DNA of 62,000 nucleotides, taken from assembly GCF_000400465.1 (NCBI RefSeq), contig NW_008806283.1, positions 82,001-144,000 of the forward strand, given 5' to 3'. Positions within the stretch are counted from its first letter, which is position 1, and each line of letters begins with the position of its first letter. The position numbers were made by a program, and so were the translations under genes. The notes below the pieces were generated by a model that did no database searches, was not told the DNA's origin, and was given only the letters and a program-made list of their open reading frames with translations. This stretch comes from Wallemia ichthyophaga EXF-994 (Eukaryota > Fungi > Basidiomycota). Below, one piece after another: positions 48,101 through 57,632 of this stretch.

Positions 48101-51100
48101 AATGTCACCACTGCCCCTTCTCCTAAACGGAAGTACTCTGATTGCGTCAGCTAAGCCACCGAGCTCCTTTTGGATAGCATTAAGGATATCGTCAGTATTG
48201 TTAGTCCTACCCGATTCTCTGGCTAGCAACGCATTGAATAGCTTCTGGAGCTCAGACGTGAGGAAATTTTTATCCAACTCTCCGTGAACCATATCTTGAG
48301 TGATAGTTTTCGCATCACTGCTTCTATCTAATGGGATTGAGGTACCCTCGGATGATTCTGAAATAATCGTCGGCGCCAAAAACTTCGAATCGATCGTTGA
48401 GGAGCGCGACACAGTTGATACAGTCGTTGGAGCTTTCCTGCTAACCAAAGACGACACTCTTGACGGAGGCCACACCGATTCAGGTGAAGCTGTGCGCGAT
48501 GGAGCTAACAAATCCATGTCAAAGTCGTCTTCCTCGTCCTCAAACTCTCCACTCTCACTAGCAGCGTCAACACCAGCGCTCTGCTCGGGTGGAGGTACAT
48601 CTGAGCGTGCCTTGAACGAGCTCTTCTGAGACCTGCTTCTGGAGGGCTTCGTTGATGATTTCTTGGAAGACGACACGGATGGAGTTTTTCTTTCAGTTGT
48701 GTTGGGTTCAGTGGTGTTGGTTGGGATATGAGCTGATGCTGATGGGGAGCTGCTCGTGTGAGGCGAAGGTTGAGTTGTCGGTGGTGCTTGTGTAGCTGTA
48801 CTCGTCACGACAGGGGTGTTGGAACTAGGTGAGTTAGTTTGAGCAGTGTGGTACTCTGTCGACATAGTTTTTTCTTTGCTCTGAATTTTTGAGGAACGGT
48901 TAGATGAAGCGTTGCTGACCACCTTTTTCATTCCACTTCGTCTGCTCAAAGGCAGACTCCTCTCAGTTGGAGTGCTGTTTTGCTCAGGTGTGCCACTCTT
49001 GCTCTTGCTGATCAATTCGGTCAAAGCATCTTTCAATTCCTGATCCTCAGAACTGTCACCTAGCGCATCAACTAACTGAGCTAGAGACTTATGCGATGTG
49101 GACAGTCTCTCAGCTCTCTTCACCGTCGAAGGATTGGATGACTTTCTCGACAACGACCTTAGCAGCTCATTGGTGCTTGCGCCATTTTCTGCAGTTTCTC
49201 TTGTATCAATTTGGGATGGTTGCTGGGATTGAGAGGGGTAGGAAGAAGGGAGGGAGCGCATTAAGTCAGTGGTGTTTTGAGCGTGGGTGTCTTGAGGGTC
49301 TTGAGTGTGATAAGTATCATGCGTACTCTGTGCACCCATTTCAGGAGTATTTTGAATAGATATTGCAGAATGAGTGCGAGAATGGGATCTAGATTTCCCT
49401 GAATGGTTTGACTTGGGTGTTGTTGCAGTTTCGGGTTGCTGAGGAGAGGGTGTATCCTGATTCTCTCGCTCAATCTCAGTCTCCACAAGCTCTTTCTCCT
49501 TCTCCTTTTCTAACTCCTCCACCTTCTCCACCTTTTGAGGCACACTATTTGCCGACTTTGTCTTTGAATCTAATCCTGATCCTGAACCTAATCCTGAAGC
49601 TGAAGCTGATTGAGTCTCGACATCCTCCTCATCGGCATCTTCAGCCAGCTGACCGAGCTTGGGCGACCTGAGCATTCTCTCTGTGCTAGCGCCAATGCTC
49701 TTAGCGTCGCTCTTCTTCGATGCGGACAGGATAGTTGAAGTTGAGCTAGACGACGATCCACCACTACCGCCTCCGCTCCCACTCGCGCTGTCATCAGATG
49801 ACCTTCCCGACATTTTCCTGCGCCCGCCTCTTCTGTGTGCCCTAACGGACACAGACGGAGGGAAAATGATATCGTCAGCCTCGCTGTCATTTGCACTTCC
49901 GTCTCGAGTGTCTCGCGTGTCTCGCGAGTCCCACGTATCTGAAAGGATGCCCAATCCGCGCACAGTGTCTGAGGTGGACGTACCGGCGACCAACCCAATA
50001 GACGAATCATCAAGACTCTCCCTCTTCTTTTTCGACGTCGACGACCTGCCTCTACTTCTGCTCTTCTGGATGCTGCTGTTCGACTGCTGTTCTGAGTCGC
50101 TAGCTGTAGGTTCAGGAGCGCCAAAATCCTCAGACCTGACGTTAAAAGCGGACACCGAGCCAGCGTTGGAATTGGATGGTGATACCGGTCTCCTGACTAT
50201 AGGTGTGCCAGTGAGGGTGGTTTGACCGGGCAAGAGGGGCGAGTTTCTCGATGTGGCAGATGTGGCGGACGAAGCAGATGTCGAGGCAATCGAAGGCGCT
50301 CTAACAAGCATCCTGGTCTGGGGAGTCTGTATGGGTCTGATGACATCCCAGAATGCACCGACCCATTGTACACGCTCACGGGCGCTATCTGTAGCCAACC
50401 TCTCCCAGCCATCTTGATAGACGAGAACGAAGGGATTAAGGACACCCTCTAAACCACCCTGCTCGCGTGCGGCCACTAAACCGAGATCCAACTTGTGCGA
50501 TGCGGGGTTAGAAGGACTTGCGACGGAGCGGACTTCTGAGCAATGGTTGAGGTCAAGGGTGACAATCTGACGCTGTAGTCTAAAGCTGGACAAGTCAGGT
50601 GATGGTAGGAATGAAAGTTTGAGGGTCGTTGGTAGAAGCGCGGCTCTAGCACGTACCCATCGATAGGGAGTGCCGTCGTGTACGTGAAGATACCAGAGAG
50701 TGCCAGCACGAGCAATCTAGAGAGGAGATTTAGAATGTCTCAGGTAAAATTAAAATGAAAGAGAAAAAGCAAAACTTACCTGTTCAGTGATATCATCGAA
50801 GCTGGACAAGTCTATTGGAGAAGTGGGGCGCTGGGAGGTCATAGGAGTTTTATGTGAGGAAAGAGGGGTGGAGAAATCCGTTGGGGTCGACGAGCTGATC
50901 AAAGTTTCCCAGCCGTCGGTGAGACTTTCGTGGTGGGTGGGTGAGGGTAAAGATGGTAGAGAAGGCTGAATCTGAGTCTGTTTGCGTGGACGTGGTTTAT
51001 TATCGTCCTTGTTTCTGTTGAGGTTGATGGGGCGCTTTGTTTGAATGACTTTGCTGATTGGAGGAGAGGTGCTATGCTCAGGTCTCTGCTGAGGTCTCTG

Positions 51101-51685
51101 CTCAGATTTCTGCTCAGATTTCTGCTCAGATTTCTGCTCAGGCTTCTGCTCCTCCTTCTCCTTGCCGCTTTCGAAAAAGGCAATGAGGTTACCAGCCCTG
51201 CTGCTAATTTCAGAGTTGGCAGAGTTGGAAGCAGAATTGCTCCTTGAGTGGGAAGACTGCTGATCGAAAGTGATGAAGGGGGAATCACTGAACGCTGGTG
51301 TATCGAGCCGTGCCGAGTACTGCGAGGGGATCGACGGGATAGAGCTAGGCTGACCAGATGAGCGAACAGAAGCACTTCTAGAGGCGCTCGATATGGTTGG
51401 GATGTGCTGCGAGCTCGATGGTGGCTGTGAATTGCCGTCTCTACTCGATGGCGATGGAGAACTGAGCGTTTCAGCGTCGTCGATTGATTTGATATCGGGG
51501 GTAAAGCGGGGTAGATCGTCATTAGCGGATGAAGCTCTGCTCCTGTTACTCCCAGCCCCAGTACGGCTATGGCTGTGGCTATGGCTGTGACTGTTGCTCT
51601 GACTCGACGTTGTCGCCGGCTCAGACTCCTCGCCAATCACAGACAAGACGTGGGGAACGTACGGCTGTGATGACTGGCTCGACAT
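42126..51685 (-). CDS. Giant (about 3,085 aa) PH-domain, repeat-rich disordered protein with C-terminal coiled coil
   Basis: Six canonical introns (50779-50717, 47778-47732, 46642-46594, 46505-46455, 44791-44747, 42905-42858) link the ORFs in frame, with one frame break at the C7 run 46051-46045. PH core ...LNPFVLVYQDGWERLATDSARERVQWVGAFW; C-terminal LLPEVRGLVKEIGDLREQKRGLQHEISELF. Confidence 0.8.
43170..44640 (-). repeat. Coding tandem repeat: about 4 copies of a 115-155 aa unit
   Basis: Each unit has AP.AGGKGGK.(S/G)KGKKG, SMGN.G(S/T)EP, P.PA..TRAL.D..Q and PP.(F/L)GSPA.DN...D..QA.GD...PP. Confidence 0.9.
45780..45970 (-). repeat. Coding repeat, 3 copies of LPD(E/D)G..RS..G(K/R)P
   Basis: Recurring catcaggaagcactgcacc-type blocks on the + strand. 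Confidence 0.75.
46090..46330 (-). repeat. Coding repeat, about 5 copies of DPSG(G/E)SRG(M/I)
   Basis: Recurring cataccacgaga/ccacgagat units; some are 30 nt apart. Confidence 0.75.
51075..51155 (-). repeat. 12-nt coding minisatellite encoding EQK(S/P) / QRP
   Basis: Repeated ttctgctcagat units. Confidence 0.8.
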
Positions 51686-52226
51686 TAGCTCTCTTTATGC
51701 CCGCGTCAGCTGTTATCGACATATAAAAACTCCACTCACAGCTGCTCAAGCACTGCAGCCTCCTCTGGCCGTAGATCTTCATCTTGATCTACTGACATTG
51801 TCTTTCTTTTTTGTTTCTTTTTTTTCCTCGTGGTTGTCGTTATGCAACCGTAAATGCCGTGATGATCAGGCATCTTTTTAAATATCTAAATTCGTAATTA
51901 AATCAATTGACACTATATTCACGCGTTTCTACATCTAGATCCCCTTTTGGCCCCTCCTCATCACGCGTTTTCCCTTCCGCCCCTGTTCACTCACCTTCTA
52001 CTCCACTTTAGGTTCAAAAATTTTCGGAAAAGTTTTGTGTGGGGTGCGGAATATATTTGTGTGGAACATGTTTCAAAGGTGTGCTGTGCAAGACATGCTT
52101 ATTTTTCGCGTTTAAATACCTTTAAATCAACTTTAAGTGCGTTTGTGACGTGACTTTATGCACGGTAATGCACGGTGGCGTGAGTTAATGTGATACCATG
52201 TGATTTAAAAGCCTATAGAGTGTATA

Positions 52227-54289
52227 TCATCTGCAATATGTCAAACTTGTACACACGAATATTTTACTTAAGATTATTTTGTTGAGTTGCTGATCAAACA
52301 ACGGTACATTTCTATAACCTAAGAAGGGAAGTGTAATAGTTAGCAGCGTCACAACCACACACACTCCACAAACCCACCTAATTGCATCTGTGCGAGTGTA
52401 ATGGCGTAGCTAGCCACAGCCTCCTCATGCTGACTGCTAAGCACATCAAACTTGACGACGACAAGGTCTATCATGTTCCCTCTAACATTAACGTCGAAAC
52501 TGAGTGTTTCATTCCATGTAGGGTTTCCTTCCACCTGCCCATGCGATTGCAAATTTGCCGTGCTGGTGAAGCGTTTAAGACAAGTGTCATTATTGAAGGA
52601 ACGCGGTGTGTGCACCTCTACCGCCACTTTATTCACATTCTTCGACACTTGCTGCGCGCATATCACCTTAATGGAAAGACGCACCAGCCCCTTCAATTCC
52701 ACCATCCTCTTCTCCTCCTTGTTGCGCAAAGGTGATGGTTTCAACACATACCCGCCTGTATCATTGAACAAGGCGAAATTCAACCACATGGCCAAGTCCA
52801 CCGTCTGGTAATTGAGCGCTAACAGTTGCGATCCTACCGCCCAATAATCTAATACATCAAAATTAGTACTCTTCACTCTTGCTCCGTGTGGGTATATCCT
52901 TGTGAGATGATTGCGGTTGTGCTTCATAAACTCCCCACTACTCGCGTTTATCAGCTTCCGCGCTGATCTGTCAGACAAACTGAACATATGCTCTATTTCG
53001 TAATGCTCTTTCTTGTTGAAGCCTCGAAACTTTACACCCACTGTGTAGATTAGCAGATCGAGTAATTTCTGTGACATTTTAGTGTTATTTGTGTTAACTG
53101 CGTTATCCGTGTTATTCGTGCTCGTCGTCGAGTTGAGATTCCCAAATGAGTCGACAAGTGTGGGCGAGGTGGATGCAGTTGAAGATCTGTCAGATGAAGA
53201 TGCAGTGCTTCTTCGTCGTGTGACTTTCTGTATAAAGTTGCTCAACTTGCTCTTTTCAATGTCAGAGCTTGATGAGTGGGAGTGAGAGTGGGAGTAATCG
53301 GATGAGTTTGAGTTAAGTGCAACGTCAAAGCCATCCACCTTACTTGCCGCACTACTCCCACTTGCACTGGTTATGTGCAGGTTTTTAGTCTTGAATAGAA
53401 TCTTGTAGCGTAGTTGGTGTGGAGACGGTAGAATGTCTCTATCGTGTTGTAGCCTCTGAGTGATTAGCAAGTCACCGAGAATATCCACAAACAACCCAGC
53501 CATTCTATCTTGCTGTGCTAGATCACAGTGGTTCTCCACAGATAAAATCAAAGGCAGATTAGAAGAAATAAAGGCGAAAGTGTTGATTGTGGTGAGTATG
53601 TCGATTAGGGGGATGGGTTGGGTGAGAGTATGGCCGTGGTAGACAATAGGCCAACCATCGTCACCATTCCAAACGTCAATTTCTACACTTCTACAGCCCA
53701 GTAAGAGTGAGCGTATGTAGCCGATAGTGGTGGAAGAGCCAGCAAGTTGATTACCAAAGAGGTATGTGTTATGGGAAGCGCTAATGTAATAATTATAGAG
53801 TGGTTCATTTTCTGTGGTATTTTGTGGTTTTTGCAATGAATTCTCATTGGATTGAAGGTATCGATTGAATTGGAGTGTATTGAGTTGTGAAGGGGTGGAA
53901 TTGCATACGAAATCTTGCTGAGTGTGTTTTACAAACTCCTTGAAGTCATTTGGAGTGGATATTGGCAGGTAAGATGTATTATGAGTGCTGGTGCTGCTGC
54001 TAGAGTGTTTATCACCGGTAAACTCGCTGTGAAGGAGAATGAGATGCTTTATAAATGATTGATTCCCCCCTTGTAAATCAAACAAATCTAACTTTTTAAA
54101 TTTATTTGTCTTTGAGCTATTAAAGTAGATTGATAGGTGTGATCCATTTGAGTCGATGTAGACAATATCACTGAGTGGAATCAAACCCTCTTTCTTTGAA
54201 TTATATAGCAATCTCCGATCAGACAGTACAAATTCCTTTAATTTCACTTTTTTATTCGTTATTTTCATTAATTTCGCTTTGGAATCCAT
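52227..54289 (-). CDS. PLC1: Phosphoinositide-specific phospholipase C (PH-like, X, Y, C2 domains)
   Basis: X box YYISASHNTYLFGNQL, GCRSVEIDVW, ILSVENHC; Y box HNRNHLTRIYPHGARVKSTNF, LNYQT.D; C2 domain; final exon GYRNVPLFDQQL after one intron; first in-frame ATG 54289. Confidence 0.93.
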
Positions 54290-54308
54290 AGCTCTGGTGG
54301 CTTGGGAA

Positions 54309-54654
54309 ATGGCTTCGACATCAGAGAACAAGATATCCAATTTGGTGGGTTTTCATGGGTTATAATAATGAATAAGCTAATGGCCTTGATAGACAGACAA
54401 ATGCGTCGCTAACTTTGCAGTCAAAGCAGCAGCTGGATTGGGTGTTGGCGTGCTCACATCAGCCATCATATTCAAGAGAAGAACGTGGCCAATTACGTTG
54501 TTTACCGGATTCGGTGCTGGATATGCATACTCAGACTGCAACAGGTTGTTTAATCCATTGGCAGGTGGGTGAAATGTGTTTCTGATTTACAAACTAAAAT
54601 TGCACAGTACCCGGTTTAAAGATACAACAGCCAGATCAAGCTGATCAAAAATAG
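54309..54654 (+). CDS. MIC10: MICOS subunit Mic10 (three exons; not in ORF track)
   Basis: Introns 54345-54392 and about 54565-54607 give MASTSENKISNLTDKCVANFAVKAAAGLGVGVLTSAIIFKRRTWPITLFTGFGAGYAYSDCNRLFNPLAVPGLKIQ...; GxGxG motifs flank the KRR loop. Confidence 0.92.
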
Positions 54655-54691
54655 AATAATTTGTAGCGTTGATTGATTTCGATTTCTCTTG

Positions 54692-54952
54692 ATGGAGGAC
54701 TACGATTTTGACAGTGATAATGAGTTTAAAGCTGGTTTGAGGCGTTTGGGGGATAATCCATCTGATGAGGTGGTTCAACAGGCTAAACAGTTTTACTACG
54801 CCAGACTCACACCTAGCTTGAACAGCGTGGTTGAGGCGATTAACACTGGTAAATCTCTTTCACTACCGCACACAAGCACAATTCCGAGCACGGTCGTGGC
54901 AGACCAACCATCATCATCCTCTACGCAGCAGCCAAAGAAGCCGTGGGATTGA
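54692..54952 (+). CDS. PEX39-like (DUF5572/KPWE-motif) small protein
   Basis: YDFDSDNEFKAGL...AKQFYYAR, LNSVVEAINTGK...IPSTV, terminal PKKPWD; 86 aa. Confidence 0.65.
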   Translation: MEDYDFDSDNEFKAGLRRLGDNPSDEVVQQAKQFYYARLTPSLNSVVEAINTGKSLSLPHTSTIPSTVVADQPSSSSTQQPKKPWD

Positions 54953-55003
54953 GGTGTCGTTTCTGGTTCTTATGTCCAATGTCTCATCTATCAAATACTT
55001 CAC

Positions 55004-56377
55004 TCAGTCGAGTCTTCTCTTATAAACCTCCAAATCAACGCCATGACTCGCAAGCAATCCCAATAAATGTCCCTGGGAGTCGATACTCTCACCGCTGTAC
55101 TTGATTCGCTCATGGATAATCCTCACCATAGCCTCATACTTAGCATCCTCCACCTGCCAATTAGGATGTTTAACTTGGACAGGCTGAGTGATTTCCACCG
55201 CTCTCTTGAGGAATACCTGACTGTTATTGATTAGTGTGGTATAGTTTACATTCCCGCTGCCAACGAGCAGAGCTCTCAGTGTCGACGCACCCGCGACAGC
55301 CATAAGGATCTTAATTTGGTTAGCGAGTGACTGAGGATCGATACTGCCGATGGATTTAAGTGCTATTTCCATCTCGAGTGCTGCCTTGAAGAGGGACTGC
55401 GCCTCACATAGCAATTCCCAGCTGGAGACGCCTGAGACGCCACTCTTAGCCACTTCTACCAACACCTCTGCCAGCTCGCAGTGTGCTTCTACTGCCCCGC
55501 TATCTCTTCTCCCGCTGCGCAACTCGAGCACGTGTCTAAACTCAGCCACTATTGTTTGAGCCTGTGATTGAAATTGCGGTTGTGGTTGTGATTGCGATTG
55601 TATTTGCATCTGCAACTCTCCTAGGTGTATTTTGGCCTGTAGGAGGAGAAGCGTGTCTGTCTCCTTGAACTGCTCATCGACTGCGTTGTTGAGGGTGAGT
55701 GCCTCGTTGAGGGCCATCTGCGCGTGTGCCAGAGTGTGATCAGTGTTTGTGCTAGTGCCATCATCGACATCGACCACATCCTGCAATTTGAGCAGCACAT
55801 CAACGAGAATTTTGATATTCTGCACGATTTGATAGGGTGGGAGGGAGAGTGAGAGTGAGGCGCCGCCGCCAACATCCATAGCAGCAGCAGCAGCATAACC
55901 ACCACTGTCCGCACCCACAAAAGACTTCTGTTCTGCCACTAAACCGCGCAACAAATCGACGCAATGGGAGAAGGCATCAGCAGCGTCACGATCCGCCCCC
56001 AAATCAGCATGCAGTTCACCAACAGATACAGCAGACTGAATTGCGTTGTAGAGAGCGTCAAACCTGCCGATTTGGTTGGGTGGGTTGAATCGACCAGCGA
56101 CCTCCGCCGCGCTGATGAACAAACGATACGCCTCTTGCAGATAGACAAACGCGTCCGGAGGATGCTTATAGCCGCCACCAATCTCTAGACGTAGGCGAGC
56201 AGAGTTGTAGAGTGCGTCGTAGTGACTGCCCTGCTCACTCTCAAGTACCGCCGCATAGAGCGACAAGGCCTTCTCGTATCTCGCAACAACTTTCACGTCG
56301 TATCCCAATCTCTCAGCCTTATCTTCAATGTCCACCGCTTCGTCGTAGATTTCTTCTATGTCTGTGTGTTTGGGCAT
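55004..56377 (-). CDS. Hypothetical alpha-helical (TPR-like) protein
   Basis: 457-aa intronless ORF; YEKALSLY, DALYNSARL and FDALYNAIQ helical repeats. Confidence 0.65.
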   Translation of the reverse strand: MPKHTDIEEIYDEAVDIEDKAERLGYDVKVVARYEKALSLYAAVLESEQGSHYDALYNSARLRLEIGGGYKHPPDAFVYLQEAYRLFISAAEVAGRFNPPNQIGRFDALYNAIQSAVSVGELHADLGADRDAADAFSHCVDLLRGLVAEQKSFVGADSGGYAAAAAMDVGGGASLSLSLPPYQIVQNIKILVDVLLKLQDVVDVDDGTSTNTDHTLAHAQMALNEALTLNNAVDEQFKETDTLLLLQAKIHLGELQMQIQSQSQPQPQFQSQAQTIVAEFRHVLELRSGRRDSGAVEAHCELAEVLVEVAKSGVSGVSSWELLCEAQSLFKAALEMEIALKSIGSIDPQSLANQIKILMAVAGASTLRALLVGSGNVNYTTLINNSQVFLKRAVEITQPVQVKHPNWQVEDAKYEAMVRIIHERIKYSGESIDSQGHLLGLLASHGVDLEVYKRRLD

Positions 56378-56497
56378 ATGCGTGGGTGTGGTGGTGTAAG
56401 AATTGCTGATCGATTCAGATATCTATATCACTGTAGGGTATTTGGTTTCAATCTCACTTGCATTTCAATTCAAACTTCCTTTTCCGTCTTGTCGCTT

Positions 56498-57285
56498 ATG
56501 TGCACCCATTTCACCTACAAAATCAGTAGCAATGGCTACACACGCAAGCAGACACAGACACAGAAACTGGGCTACGAGGAGATATTGCAGGTATCTGCGC
56601 AACTCCACTCCATTCCACTCAAATGCATAGCCAGCCTGGGTTGGAGAGATAGCGACGGTGACGAAATAACGTTCAATTCAGACTTGGAGTTGGAGTGCGT
56701 GTATCAAGAGCAGGGGAGGAGTATTTCGGTGTGGGTAAACACAAATACCCAAGTAGCTTCTTTGGAATCCCCGGTATACGCCCAGCACGTTTCCTTGGCG
56801 GGAATTAGTGGGGAGAAGACGGAAATGAAGAATGAGTTGAATAAGCTGAGGGAGACATTGACAGCCCCGCCTCCACCTACGAGCACACGTCCCAACGCTG
56901 TTTACAGGGCACAGCAAGTGCTTTTACCCATACAAGGACCACCTGGAGAAGGATAATTATAAAAATACTCATATTCATTCCAATTGCTGTTGTATTTCGA
57001 ATATTCATGTATTTTGCTTCGTTACACCTCTCAAACACTCCAAACATGCGAGAAAAGAGACAAGAGAAATCCAACACACAAACCACGGAAGAAATCTGCA
57101 GAGACGTCGTTCGACACCTATCAACAGCTCAAATACCCATCAAACCGCTTCCAAGCGTGGAGGAGGTGTTGCGCGAGTCTCATTTGGCCTTCGTTCGTGG
57201 AGAGGGGGTTAGCAACGTGATCGAAAGACTCAAAGGTGCTAGGCTAACTGCTGCCAGACTACCCGGTGCCTGGGTGGAGTTGTAA
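56498..57285 (+). CDS. PB1-domain protein (3' structure unresolved)
   Basis: From ATG 56498: FTYK...TRK...I..LH.IP...LGWRDSDGDEITFNSDLEL (acidic OPCA motif). First frame stops at 56956; a second frame is open 56843-57285 with a TM segment and ends LPGAWVEL. Confidence 0.6.
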
Positions 57286-57320
57286 GCATCTTTGTGTTTA
57301 CACCTTCAACACCCTCCATC

Positions 57321-57596
57321 ATGCCACAAGCATACAGATTAGCAGATATAGCACACAGATCATTCGTTAGTGTATTGGCAGGTGTTACTGTGAGTCGTTG
57401 AGTGTTACACAGCCACTCTCAACTTAACAGCTCCAGATATACGGCACTTTCACTCTTCTATCGGGCTACAACAACCACAAGCAAATGAGATTAGAGGCTC
57501 TTGAGAGGCATCAAGTGGGTTTGGAGTAAAAGCGTGTGCCTGTAGCTAACACTGGCTATTCAGATGTCCCTAAAGGAGGAAGAGAAGCAGATATAA
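57321..57596 (+). CDS. COX14: Cytochrome c oxidase assembly factor Cox14-like (three exons; not in ORF track)
   Basis: Introns 57390-57436 and 57515-57563 give MPQAYRLADIAHRSFVSVLAGVTIYGTFTLLSGYNNHKQMRLEALERHQMSLKEEEKQI; D..HR motif followed by a single TM segment. Confidence 0.65.
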
Positions 57597-57632
57597 TGTA
57601 TTAAAATTTATATTTATTCTAATTTACTTGAT

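Noticed and set aside
50899-51636. 245-aa alternative-frame ORF (SRNL repeats) in the giant gene's first exon
   Set aside because: Alternative reading of Ser-rich low-complexity codons and the 12-nt minisatellite; starts at a non-ATG codon.
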